Notes: generated by a model not told the origin, from the sequence alone. A stretch of 64,000 nucleotides of DNA from Myxococcota bacterium (GCA_963676915.2 CAXXVK010000068.1:87210-151209), one strand, 5' to 3'; counted from the first letter of the stretch, positions 1 to 9,533 are shown. A program made the numbers and translations.

Positions 1-921
1 TTTCAGAGATGCGAAGGTCGCGCCCGAGAGATCCAACTCCGTCAGCTTGTTCAGGTCTTTCAATAGGTTGAGATCCCCGATGGGCAATCCCCACAGCTTG
101 AGCGTTTCGAGATTGCGGAAACGTTTCAACTCGCCGAAATCTCTCCATAAAACATTGCAGATGTCCAGATAGGTCAGACGCTCGGCGACCGGATAGAGCG
201 GCGAGAGATCCTCGACCTTGGTGGAACAGATGAGAATCTCTTTCATTTTCTCGATACGAGCCAGCGGTGAAATATCTTGGATGGGGGTGCCGAGCAGGTC
301 GATTTTTTCGAGGGACGCCATTTTTTCAAGAGGGCGGGCATCGATAATTTTCGTGGTGCGGGCGTTGATTTCCTTGAGTTTGTCCAACCCGACCAGGGGA
401 GACAGATCCGCAATGGAGGTTCCCCAGATACTGAGAAATTCTAGATTTTTCAGGTTTTTCAACGGAGTGGCGTCTTTGATTTCCAGCGAAAAACGAATGT
501 CCAGCCTTTTAAGCTGCGTCAGCTTCTCGAACGGTTTCAAGTCTTTCATCGGCAACCAGGCCACCAACATGTCGTCCAGGTGGGTGCATTGGGCAATAAT
601 GGACGGATCGACGGTCTTCATTTTTTTCGGGGTTTCGGTGAACCATGTTTCCCCTTTTTCCGGGTTGGCCATCCACCATTCGCGCCATTCCTGTTTTCCC
701 CAAGGCGGCTCGAAGATTTTGCAGGCGGTCACGGCATCGACGGCCGGTTGATCTTTTGCCGGTTGGGTTTCTTTTTTCACCTCTTTTGTTGCGACAATTT
801 CCTTCTTTGGCGCTTTTTTTACGGATTTTTCCGCTGTTTCGGTAGCGGTTTCACAGCCGCAAAAAGACAGAAGAAACAGAAGACCCACTAAGCTTGAAAT
901 CCATCCGATGCTCTGCCGCAT
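1..921 (-). CDS. Leucine-rich-repeat (internalin-like) lipoprotein, runs off the window edge
   Basis: Manual minus-strand translation from ATG 921: MRQSIGWISSLVGLLFLLSFCGC (lipobox), a Lys-rich linker, then LRR units such as DLKPFEKLTQLKRLDI, DATPLKNLKNLEFLSI and DLSPLVGLDKLKEINA. Missing from the ORF track because it has no stop in the window. Confidence 0.8.
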   Translation of the reverse strand, partial: MRQSIGWISSLVGLLFLLSFCGCETATETAEKSVKKAPKKEIVATKEVKKETQPAKDQPAVDAVTACKIFEPPWGKQEWREWWMANPEKGETWFTETPKKMKTVDPSIIAQCTHLDDMLVAWLPMKDLKPFEKLTQLKRLDIRFSLEIKDATPLKNLKNLEFLSIWGTSIADLSPLVGLDKLKEINARTTKIIDARPLEKMASLEKIDLLGTPIQDISPLARIEKMKEILICSTKVEDLSPLYPVAERLTYLDICNVLWRDFGELKRFRNLETLKLWGLPIGDLNLLKDLNKLTELDLSGATFASLK

Positions 922-976
922 GTTTTCCACCTTTCGTTTGATGACTCGAATTGGCTTCGTTTGGGGTTCTTTGGCG

Positions 977-1597
977 TTATCCTATCACTTCTTTCAGGTT
1001 CAGACGGAATAGATACTCCACGCCGTCGCTCGTCTGCTTGCTTTCGATGAAAAACCGTCCCTTGAGTTTGAGGACGATAACGCTTCGGTACAACTCTTCC
1101 CGATCGACCTTGAAGGGTTCACCTTCGGTTTGCACGTAGATCAAATCGGCCAGCGTGGGAGGATTGCAGAACACACAACCCGCCATCACCACTTTGGGAT
1201 TGGCCAGCCAGAAACGTTTCATTTCACCGTCCGGTCCGGGAGAATCGATGGGCATGATTGCGCCGGAAACCTCTACTGCCGCACCGTGGAATAGAGGAAG
1301 ACCGTCGCCGGAGAATGCCTTGTGCTTCCTGTAATACCGGTATTCTTTCGTCAGGACACGAAAGGTCAGCGTCTTGGGGGCGTCCCAGTTTGCCGGTTCG
1401 AGTTGCAGACCGGAAAGCTTGGTCATTTTGCTCGTTCCTTTGGCCCGGACGACATCCCCGACACCATGTTGTTTTTCGGTGGTTGGAGAAGGGAGGGCGG
1501 ACGAATCGGATTTTGTAGGATCGGAAACGGATTCACAGGAGACGAAACAGAAAACCGTAAACAGCGACAGCAGCAACCACGAGAAAATTCGGTTCAT
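977..1597 (-). CDS. Lipoprotein, DUF3299-like (GCxFCxPP motif)
   Basis: Likely start MNRIFSWLLLSLFTVFCFVSC (lipobox). Contains VEVSGAIMP, MAGCVFCNPPTLADLIYV and LKLKGRF...YLFRL, a layout resembling DUF3299 proteins. Confidence 0.6.
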   Translation of the reverse strand: MNRIFSWLLLSLFTVFCFVSCESVSDPTKSDSSALPSPTTEKQHGVGDVVRAKGTSKMTKLSGLQLEPANWDAPKTLTFRVLTKEYRYYRKHKAFSGDGLPLFHGAAVEVSGAIMPIDSPGPDGEMKRFWLANPKVVMAGCVFCNPPTLADLIYVQTEGEPFKVDREELYRSVIVLKLKGRFFIESKQTSDGVEYLFRLNLKEVIG

Positions 1598-1785
1598 TTC
1601 GGTCCTCAAACCCACATGGAAATTCCTAAAGGTGCACAACTCTAAGAACTTAGTTCTATTTCGATGGATTGACAAACATAATCCGGGAAAAAGATTACGA
1701 TGCATTCGCGAACGTGCAAAAAACCGCTTTTTCATCTTGACGATCCATTGTTTCATGATACCTCTACGGTTTCTCAGGTTTTTGA

Positions 1786-2804
1786 ATGGACTCGAGGCAG
1801 GAACCTATGATCGATTTACACGCGCCACTTACGATTCGCAACGTGACGATTCCCAACCGGCTGTTTCTCGCACCGGTGGACAGCGTGTTCGATCCTCCTT
1901 TTCGACGCACTTTGAAGCGAATCGGCAAGGTTGGCGTGACCTACAGCGAGGTTATCAACGCAACGGGTTTGTTTCATCGTGCGAAAAAGGCCCACCGGAA
2001 ATCCCTGCGATTTCCCGATGAAGCTCCTTATGCGATTCAGCTTTCCGATTACCAGCCCGACGTGCTCGCCGATATGGCTGCACGCTTGCAAGATGAGAAA
2101 TCCTGTGAATTCGTGGACTTGAATCTCGGTTGTCCCGCTCGTCGCACGGTCAACAGCCAATCGGGAGCATCGCTGCTGTTGCATCCCGACCGTATACAGG
2201 CCATCGTTGCGGCAATGCGAAACGTGTTGGATATTCCCCTGACCGCGAAAATCCGTATCGGCTGGGATGCGGAGCGTATCAACGGTGTTGAAGTGGTGAA
2301 AATTCTGGAAGGGGAGGGCGTCGATCTGGTGACGGTGCATGGCCGCACGCGTACGCAGGCATACGGTGGAACCTCGAATTGGGAGTACATTGGCAAGGTC
2401 AAGCAGGCTGTGAGTATTCCTGTGATTGCCAACGGGGATGCCGTGGACTGGGCCAGTGCGAAAAAAATGCTGGAAGTTACGGGGGCGGATGGCGTGATGG
2501 TGGCTCGTGCGGCTTTTGGAGATCCCTGGGCATTGAGGCGAATCTACGAGATGGACGACACGATTCGGCCCACCCCTGATGAAGTATTGGAAACGATGCT
2601 GGACCATCTGGATTTTCAATTGGATTTCTTTGCAGACGAGGAGAAGTCCCTGCCGCCGTTTCGGAAACATCTGCTTTGGTACGTCAAAGGCTATCCCGGA
2701 GCCGAAAATACCGCAAAGAGGTCGTGTGGATCGACAACCGCGACGAACTGGTGGATTATCTGAAAAATTATTTCGCGAACCTCCCGGAAGAAGCAAATTC
2801 TTGA
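1786..2804 (+). CDS. dusB: tRNA-dihydrouridine synthase (DusB type); apparent frameshift near 2705
   Basis: Motifs DLNLGCP, TAKIRIGWD, VHGRTR, VIANGD, GADGVMVAR and RKHLLWY. The alternative frame after the A-run near 2705 gives the more natural tail KYRKEVVWIDNRDELVDYL...* ending at 2804. Confidence 0.88.
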
Positions 2805-2871
2805 AAATCGGTCTTGCAAGAATCTCTTTCTATTTGAAATAACTTGAGATTAGCCCAAAGCGTTAAACTTT

Positions 2872-2899
2872 TTGACAACATAGGGCCATGTGATAAACT
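2872..2899 (+). promoter_or_regulatory. Putative sigma70 promoter
   Basis: TTGACA-16 bp-TAAACT, with a TGn extension before the -10. Confidence 0.5.
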
Positions 2900-3261
2900 A
2901 TGGGAGATTCTGTCGGAAACTAACGGTCGTGAAATGATAGTGAAATAAAAATCAGGTCTTTTTCACGATGTGCAATGCTTTTCCGTGATTTCGTATGAAA
3001 CGGAACCGGAGAGTGAGAAGAGGTTTGAAAAAATCAAAGTTTTCGTATGAATTTACCGGAAAGATGCCCTATTCATCTGGGTCGAACGAATGAAACCGTA
3101 AGGTCGTTGTATTCCGTAGCAACGGAAAACGATCGGAAAACAAGGATTCGCCTTGTCGTGAGAATCGGGGCGAGGGGGATCGTTTGCAAAAGACGGTTGA
3201 TGCTTTGCTGGATTCGGATCGACAGGCAAACAAGCGTTTTCTCATCGATGGAGTATTCTTC

Positions 3262-4140
3262 ATGAGGGTTCGGCGAATTGCTTCAATTTTAAGCATATTA
3301 CTGTTTTTGTTGCCCTTCTCTATCGGCAATGCCGCCATGGTGGAAGGATCTCTGGTGTACGAGGAAATGACATTGCAGGAGTCCGACATTGCCTGCCCGT
3401 TTTTATTTTCTCACATGCCCGTCAATCGAAACTGTGAAACGGTGGTGGCTTTGGATGCCGGGGATGTGGGCAAACTCAAACCTCGTGAAGTTTTCGTTCG
3501 CCTTTCCGATATGAGTTTCGAAAACACGGTGACGCCTTTACCGGCGAACAGTCTCGTGACATTTTCCAATCAAACACCCAACAATCTCACGTTGCTGATT
3601 TCCAGATATCAGGAAGACCGTCGCGCAGGGGATGTCGTAGAGCGATTGGAAGTCAAAGCCAACAAGACCGTTTCGTGGAAAGCGATCGAGGGAGAGTTTC
3701 TGGTGCGAACCAAGGAATTTTCTCATCTTCAGACCAGTCTTCTCGTTCTTACTCACGGTCCGTATTCTTTCGTCAAAGACAGCACCGAGTTCAAGTTTGC
3801 CGACATCGAAGCAGCCAGTTACATCGTGCGTTTTTGGACTCGTTGTAGCGGGTGGCAAGATGGTGACGCGATCTTTTTCTACGACAAGGACGAGTATTCG
3901 GTGAAGGCAATCTTCTCCCCGGAACATAAGTTGACTTCTTTCGAGAAAAAGCGGACCAAAGCGGATTACGGGGAAGGGGAGCAAAATCTCGACGAGATGT
4001 TCGTTCCCAATTTCGTTCCTCCACCTCCACGTCGGAATCGTGAGGTGCCGGAACCGAAACAGCCGGTTGTACCCGAACCACCCAAACGAAAAAAGCCGAA
4101 ACCCGGAATGTTTAAAATTACACCGGTGAAAAACGATTAA
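3262..4140 (+). CDS. Exported protein with a cupredoxin-like/beta-sandwich region and a Pro-rich C-terminal tail
   Basis: Signal peptide MRVRRIASILSILLFLLPFSIGNA, a beta-rich body, and a PPPPRR...PKPG tail. Only 15 bp from the next gene. Confidence 0.5.
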   Translation: MRVRRIASILSILLFLLPFSIGNAAMVEGSLVYEEMTLQESDIACPFLFSHMPVNRNCETVVALDAGDVGKLKPREVFVRLSDMSFENTVTPLPANSLVTFSNQTPNNLTLLISRYQEDRRAGDVVERLEVKANKTVSWKAIEGEFLVRTKEFSHLQTSLLVLTHGPYSFVKDSTEFKFADIEAASYIVRFWTRCSGWQDGDAIFFYDKDEYSVKAIFSPEHKLTSFEKKRTKADYGEGEQNLDEMFVPNFVPPPPRRNREVPEPKQPVVPEPPKRKKPKPGMFKITPVKND

Positions 4141-4155
4141 GCCAGCGGAGTTGAC

Positions 4156-5841
4156 ATGTTAAAAATCAGACTGATGCTCATCTTGGTGGTGGTGATTTTG
4201 ATTGCGGGACTCGGAAGTTATTTCCTGTTGAGCCGAAACAATACGGAAACCATCCACGAGCAGATGAAGGAAACTTCGAGAATTGCGGTGCAATTCCTGC
4301 AACTTGAAGTGTCTTCCAGAATGCAGAAAACCACCCATCAACTGCTGGGACTTTCCAACAAAACGGAAATCAAGCAGTTTTTCAGAGCGTCGCAGCCTGT
4401 ATCGCCTGGGGGGATTTCTCCTGCGCCGCCATCCATGAAAACGTTGGCGGATTTATGGAAAAACATGTCCCTGGATCTAATCTGGCTGATCGATAGCGAA
4501 GGGAAGATCCTTTATTCCTCGGGTGACGAGAAAGAAAAAGGCGAGTCCGTCTCTGGAATTCCAATCGTAGAAAAAGCTTTGAAAGGTGAATACGCCAACA
4601 GTACCAGTATTTTCAAGAACGTGCTGTTTACCCTTTCTGCCGTTCCGGTCTTTTCGGCGACCCAGGAACCGTTGGGTGTGTTGTTTGCCGGGAACAGCTT
4701 TACAGCGGCATGGCTACGAGACCGAAGCAAGCGCTTGGATACCCATTTGGCGCTGTTTTCGGAAAACTCCATTCGTTACCATACGTTGGACACGTTTTCT
4801 GCCAATCAGATCGGCATGTTGCTGAAGAAGGAAAAATTCGGTCAATTCAAGGATAATGTCAGTGCTTTCATGAAGGAATACGATGCGGGGAGCACGGTCA
4901 ATATCCTCGGAATCGTGCCGTTCGGCGGTGAATTGCAGGATTATAACGTCGGTTTGATCGTTCACGACAAGCATGAAATTCTCGAGTTCCTGCCGTTTAC
5001 CAACCCCAACGTTCAAGCCATCGCTTTGGGTGCGCTTGCATTGTTTGTTTTCGGTTTTCTCATCAGCCTCTGGATTCCTTTGAGTTTCAAATCCCAAAGT
5101 CGTAAACTGGCAGGTCAGATTGCAACCAATCTTTCCTATTCCGCTGAGGGAAGTCAGAAGGATTTCGATAAGTATATCAATGAGTTGAAACCCATTATTG
5201 AAACTATCATGCAGTATCTGGCACAGGACCGAAAGCGTTCGGAACTGACTCGAGAAACGTTGGGAATCGGGAACAACCTCACCGAACGTCTATTGGCCAC
5301 TGTACCGCGCAAATCCACAAAGGAAATCAAGGAAGCCGTTGCGGAAGGAACTGTAGACACCGCAGCAAGCGGTGGTGTCGGATCGTTAGACGAGTTGGAT
5401 TCCGTCGAGCTTCCCCCGGATAGTGAGAGCAACCCGGAAATTCCGGCGGATACCGTAAGTGAATCTCAAGAGTCCGCTCCGGAAAGCATTGAAGAAAAAG
5501 TCAAGAAAATCAAGAGTTTGTCTTCCAATGCAGCTCCTAGTACAGAAGAGGAGTTAGGGGAAGACGATACGTCCGTAGCCATGACGCAAACCATCGCAAT
5601 CGGTGGCGGGCAGACGATTCCCGACGACGAGGATGTGTATTTCGACCAAGTGTACAATAAATTCCTCGATAAACGGGAGGAATTGGGAGAAACCGCCTCG
5701 ATCAACAAAGAGAAATTCATCGGTTCACTCCGAGCGAATTCCAAGCGGATCAAAGACAAGTTCCTGTGTGAAAAGGTAAAATTCACGGTGTTCGAAAAAG
5801 CCGGTAAGGCTTCGGTAAAAGGCGCTCCCGTTCGAAAGTGA
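4156..5841 (+). CDS. Membrane protein with a Cache-like periplasmic domain and an MXAN_5187-type C-terminal domain
   Basis: TM helix, Cache-like segment (LIWLIDSEGKILYSS...PIVEKALKG), second TM, acidic linker, then YFDQVYNKFLDKREELGE...EKFIGSL...VKFTVFEKAGKASVKGAPV, which matches my recollection of the myxobacterial MXAN_5187 C-terminal domain. Confidence 0.7.
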   Translation: MLKIRLMLILVVVILIAGLGSYFLLSRNNTETIHEQMKETSRIAVQFLQLEVSSRMQKTTHQLLGLSNKTEIKQFFRASQPVSPGGISPAPPSMKTLADLWKNMSLDLIWLIDSEGKILYSSGDEKEKGESVSGIPIVEKALKGEYANSTSIFKNVLFTLSAVPVFSATQEPLGVLFAGNSFTAAWLRDRSKRLDTHLALFSENSIRYHTLDTFSANQIGMLLKKEKFGQFKDNVSAFMKEYDAGSTVNILGIVPFGGELQDYNVGLIVHDKHEILEFLPFTNPNVQAIALGALALFVFGFLISLWIPLSFKSQSRKLAGQIATNLSYSAEGSQKDFDKYINELKPIIETIMQYLAQDRKRSELTRETLGIGNNLTERLLATVPRKSTKEIKEAVAEGTVDTAASGGVGSLDELDSVELPPDSESNPEIPADTVSESQESAPESIEEKVKKIKSLSSNAAPSTEEELGEDDTSVAMTQTIAIGGGQTIPDDEDVYFDQVYNKFLDKREELGETASINKEKFIGSLRANSKRIKDKFLCEKVKFTVFEKAGKASVKGAPVRK

Positions 5842-5855
5842 CCGGCTTTTGGCGA

Positions 5856-6776
5856 TTAATGCCCCGAAAGTTTTTTAAGAAATTCCGTGATCCTTTTCGT
5901 TGCCTCGTATCCCTGGGCATCGAAAATGTCCGTATGTCCCGCTCCTCGTAAAAACAGGCGGTCCGTAAGCGGTTGAGGTAGTGCGCGAGCAAGTTGCTTG
6001 CCCATGTTCACCGGGACGGTGAGATCGTCCTTCCCGTGAATCACGAGAACCGGAACGTGTATTCGTTCAACCATCGTTCGAGGATCGAACTGGCTGACTT
6101 CACAACCCGTTTTCTGTTCCATTCGTTCCTGAAAACCATGTACGAACCATGAAGCCAGTGTTTTTCCGCACGATGGTGTTAAGAAGTATTCGGAGATATC
6201 ATCGAGGTTAACATAGGTCGAGACGAGAATTGCTCCACGGATTCGTTCGTCCAGACCGGTTAGTCGAAGGGCGGCGACTCCTCCCAGGCTGTGCCCTAAA
6301 ACAGCTACAGGCGCTTGAAGTTGCGCCAGATCTTGAAGCTGGTCGAGGGCATCGCTCATGTCACTGGTTTCCCGACAACCCATGGTTCCCGATCCGCCGC
6401 TTTTTCCGTGGCCTCGCTGATCGAACAGAAACACCGCCCAGCCTGCTTTCAACCAGGGAAGCACGCGTTTTCTCCAGGGGAGACGGGAGTCGGCCCAGCC
6501 GTGAGAGACAATCAACGTCCCGGTGGTTTTTTCAGAAAGACGTACGAGTTCCCCGGACAGTCGAAGTCCGTCGCGGCTCTGCCATTCCAGCACCAGAACA
6601 TTGGCTTCGTATTGGTTCCAAAAGCTTTCGGAGGATGGCGCTACCGTACGTGGCGGTTGAGTAAGCATCGTAACGGCGCGATCCAGAAACGAATCGTAGG
6701 CCAGATAGCCTCCCACAGCGAGTACAAGACTGGCGAAGCAAGAAAAAAGTGCTATGGTGCGGGTGCGGCGGCGCAT
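5856..6776 (-). CDS. Alpha/beta-fold hydrolase with an N-terminal membrane anchor
   Basis: HGW, DQRGHGKS, nucleophile elbow GHSLGG, IHGKDD and GAGH catalytic motifs. Confidence 0.9.
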   Translation of the reverse strand: MRRRTRTIALFSCFASLVLAVGGYLAYDSFLDRAVTMLTQPPRTVAPSSESFWNQYEANVLVLEWQSRDGLRLSGELVRLSEKTTGTLIVSHGWADSRLPWRKRVLPWLKAGWAVFLFDQRGHGKSGGSGTMGCRETSDMSDALDQLQDLAQLQAPVAVLGHSLGGVAALRLTGLDERIRGAILVSTYVNLDDISEYFLTPSCGKTLASWFVHGFQERMEQKTGCEVSQFDPRTMVERIHVPVLVIHGKDDLTVPVNMGKQLARALPQPLTDRLFLRGAGHTDIFDAQGYEATKRITEFLKKLSGH

Positions 6777-6821
6777 AATTTATCCTTCAATGGAATGAAA
6801 ACGAATAAAGGATGCCGGAAA

Positions 6822-7493
6822 ATGACCGAACAAAGCAAGGAAAACCGGTGGATTCGAATGTGGTTCAAATCCAACAAAGCATACATCCTCTGTGACGACC
6901 AAGGAGAGCCGGTGATTGAAAACGGGCGAGCGCAAATGGTCTATCACCCCGATGATTCTCGGGTTTACGCCATTTCATCCGCGAATGTCCGTCCTTTGGA
7001 CGATCCTCCTCCCAAGCGGGAAAAACCGGCAAAACCTTCGGTATCGAAAAAGACATCTCCGGCTGACGAAAAACAAACCGATAGCCGCGCCATCGTGGTG
7101 TACACCGATGGCGCTTGCTCGGGAAATCCGGGTCCGGCGGGGTCGGGTGTCGTATTGATCTGGGGAAAGCACCGTAAGGAAATTTCCCGTTATCTGGGAA
7201 CGGGAACGAACAATATCGCGGAGTTGGTCGCCATACAAATCGCGTTGGAAACCATCACCAACAAGAATCTTCCGGTGAAATTGCATACGGATTCGAGCTA
7301 TTCCATCGGAGTACTCAAACAAGGATGGAAAGCGAAAAAGAATCAGGAATTGATCGAAAACATTCGTCAGTTGGTCGCGCAATATCCACGATTGGAGTTG
7401 ATCAAAGTACGCGGTCACCACGGTGTTCCGGAGAACGAAAGGGCCGATGAACTGGCGAGAATGGCAGTAGAACGAAAGGCGGACGGACCATAA
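6822..7493 (+). CDS. rnhA: Ribonuclease HI with an uncharacterised N-terminal domain
   Basis: YTDGACSGNPGPAG, TNNIAEL, HTDSSY and KVRGHHGVPENERADELA. Likely start is MTEQSKENRW at 6822. Confidence 0.92.
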   Translation: MTEQSKENRWIRMWFKSNKAYILCDDQGEPVIENGRAQMVYHPDDSRVYAISSANVRPLDDPPPKREKPAKPSVSKKTSPADEKQTDSRAIVVYTDGACSGNPGPAGSGVVLIWGKHRKEISRYLGTGTNNIAELVAIQIALETITNKNLPVKLHTDSSYSIGVLKQGWKAKKNQELIENIRQLVAQYPRLELIKVRGHHGVPENERADELARMAVERKADGP

Positions 7494-7708
7494 GGGGGCA
7501 AAAGGTTCTTAATCTTGCAAGAAATCTGAAATACTGTGTTGAATTGGTGTGTTAGACGATTTCGCGAGAAATGGATGTGTCGGGGATTGAAAAAGAAATC
7601 GCTTGGAATTCACCAACAAAATCTTGCAGTTGCTTCTTTAGTTGACAACTTATGGTATAGGGATGATAACATAGTATAGGTTTTACCTCTAATACTCGGT
7701 CGAAAACA

Positions 7709-9241
7709 ATGGCGATGAACCAGTCAAGATCCTATGCACATGACTATGAAAATATAGCGCATTACCGCGTGCTGGAAAAAGTGGCCGAGGGGGCGATGGG
7801 TGCCGTGTTCAAAGCGGTGGACCCAAACCTGGAGATGCCCGTTGCCATTAAAGTGCTTTCTCCGAAAATCGCCAGCGATCCCGAAACGATGGTTCGTTTC
7901 GAACGCGAAGCCAAAGCGGCGGCCAAACTGCGCCATCCCAACATCGGTCATGTGTTTTTCATTGGCAAGACCTACGACAACCTGCCGTTTTACGCGATGG
8001 AGTTCATCGAGGGAGTTTCTCTGGATGACGTCATACATCGCCGGATGTGGGTGACCGGTGAACAGGTCATGCACATCATGACGCAGGTGGCCGAAGCGTT
8101 GCAACTTGCCGCCGAAAAAGGCATTTTGCATCGGGATGTCAAGCCGGGCAACATCATGATCACCAACGAGGGCAACGCCAAACTCGTGGATTTCGGCTTG
8201 GCCAAAACGATGGAGTCCACCGACGCCTCGTTGACTCGTTCCGGTGTGGCGATGGGAACGCCCAACTATCTCAGCCCCGAACAGGCCAAGGGTGAAGCCG
8301 CCGATTTCCGCGCCGACATGTATTCCCTGGGGATCACGTTTTTCGAGGTATTGACCGGCCATCTGCCGTACAAATCGGACACTCCCATGGGTGTGCTGAT
8401 GAAGCACGTTCAAGATCCGATTCCGCAAATAACCGATTTCAATCAGCAATTTCCGAAACGGGTCGCCAAACTGATTTTGCGGATGATGTCCAAAAGCCCG
8501 CGAGACCGTTTTCCCGACTATCACGCCATTTTATCGGAAATCAAAGACATCGAAGCCGTCGAGCGAAGCTTCATTGCCAGTACCTGGGGGTTCTGCGAGA
8601 ACGACCAGACGTACGTCATGGTCAGTAGCACCAAGGAATGTACGATTTGCGGCATGGAGCTTTCCGAGCAGGTCAGCAACGTGTATTATTCGATCCTGTT
8701 GACCGGTTTTCAGGATGACGAAGCCCGCGAAAAAGTGACCAAATACCTCGTACAATCCACCAAGAAAAACGCGGACGAAATCCGGCAGATTCTTTCCACG
8801 CTGCCGTTCGTAATGGCTCCGAAAGTAACGGCCAGCAAAGCCAAGGCGTTTCAGCAGAAATTCCTGAAAATGGGAGCGTTTCTGGAGTTGCGCAAGATAC
8901 AGGCCAAGCGCTCGTCGCTGGGTCATCATCAGCGCCGGAGGGCCGGTTTGGATGCGCAACAGGGCCGATTGAATCCTTCAGCGAATGGTCCTTCAACGAA
9001 TTCCGAATCGCAGTACACGAACGAAGAGGGCTTTTTCAAACGTAACAGTTTGAAATTGATCGTGATTTTGTCCGCACTGCTGATGATCGGACTCAACATT
9101 TTCATCTGGCTGAATTTTTCGTCTATCAACAACTGGCTCAAAGACGACATTCAGCCACCTCCAGCCAAAGTCGAAGGAGCGACACCGCCGACTCCGGTTC
9201 CCATTCCCGATAAACAAAAAGCGGAAGGGGCAAATCCCTAA
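7709..9241 (+). CDS. Hanks-type Ser/Thr protein kinase with Zn-ribbon-like, L7/L12-CTD-like and TM regions
   Basis: GAMGAVFKA, VAIK, HRDVKPGN, DFG and GTPNYLSPE; a TM helix LIVILSALLMIGLNIFIWL lies near the C-terminus. Confidence 0.92.
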   Translation: MAMNQSRSYAHDYENIAHYRVLEKVAEGAMGAVFKAVDPNLEMPVAIKVLSPKIASDPETMVRFEREAKAAAKLRHPNIGHVFFIGKTYDNLPFYAMEFIEGVSLDDVIHRRMWVTGEQVMHIMTQVAEALQLAAEKGILHRDVKPGNIMITNEGNAKLVDFGLAKTMESTDASLTRSGVAMGTPNYLSPEQAKGEAADFRADMYSLGITFFEVLTGHLPYKSDTPMGVLMKHVQDPIPQITDFNQQFPKRVAKLILRMMSKSPRDRFPDYHAILSEIKDIEAVERSFIASTWGFCENDQTYVMVSSTKECTICGMELSEQVSNVYYSILLTGFQDDEAREKVTKYLVQSTKKNADEIRQILSTLPFVMAPKVTASKAKAFQQKFLKMGAFLELRKIQAKRSSLGHHQRRRAGLDAQQGRLNPSANGPSTNSESQYTNEEGFFKRNSLKLIVILSALLMIGLNIFIWLNFSSINNWLKDDIQPPPAKVEGATPPTPVPIPDKQKAEGANP

Positions 9242-9261
9242 CGTTTCGAAAAAGCAGATTC

Positions 9262-9290
9262 GAAGGCCGGAAGTTTTTCCGGCCTTTTTT
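9262..9290 (+). terminator. Rho-independent terminator
   Basis: AAGGCCGGAA-loop-TTCCGGCCTT followed by a T-run, just after the kinase stop. Confidence 0.75.
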
Positions 9291-9300
9291 CGTCGTTGGC

Positions 9301-9452
9301 TTTAGTTCGTTGAGTGCGCTAGCGCGAAACATCCACCCGCTATGCGGGTGCAGAAACGAAAGTAATATGCAAAAATCACCTTTCGGTTGTTTTAGAGTTG
9401 TTCAGGCTACTAAAACAACCAAATGAAAGGTGATAGAATGGCGAACAAAGAA
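9301..9452 (+). mobile_element. Probable IS200/IS605-family end remnant with a truncated tnpA start
   Basis: Small hairpin CACCCGC-TAT-GCGGGTG (9334-9350). A long hairpin at 9375-9434 sequesters the SD-like GAAAGGTGAT, followed by ATG GCG AAC AAA (MANK) at 9438. Similarity to Firmicutes-type IS200 leaders is from memory. Confidence 0.5.
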
Positions 9453-9453
9453 G

Positions 9454-9518
9454 GTAGGTCGGGTAAATTTTTTACCCGACACCTTTGCAATGTCGGGTAA
9501 GAAATTTACCCGACCTAC
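9454..9518. repeat. GTAG-type REPIN (two inverted REP hairpins), copy 1
   Basis: GTAGGTCGGGTAAATTTTTTACCCGACA...TGTCGGGTAAGAAATTTACCCGACCTAC. Confidence 0.85.
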
Positions 9519-9533
9519 TACCTGCTACCGTTT

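Noticed and set aside
6822-7493. RNase H as part of a retron or retroelement
   Set aside because: No reverse transcriptase or msr/msd-like structure nearby; it looks like housekeeping rnhA.
9389-9416. GTTTTAGAG...AAAAC resembling a type II CRISPR repeat
   Set aside because: Single copy, no spacers or cas genes; better explained as the stem-loop of an IS200-like leader.
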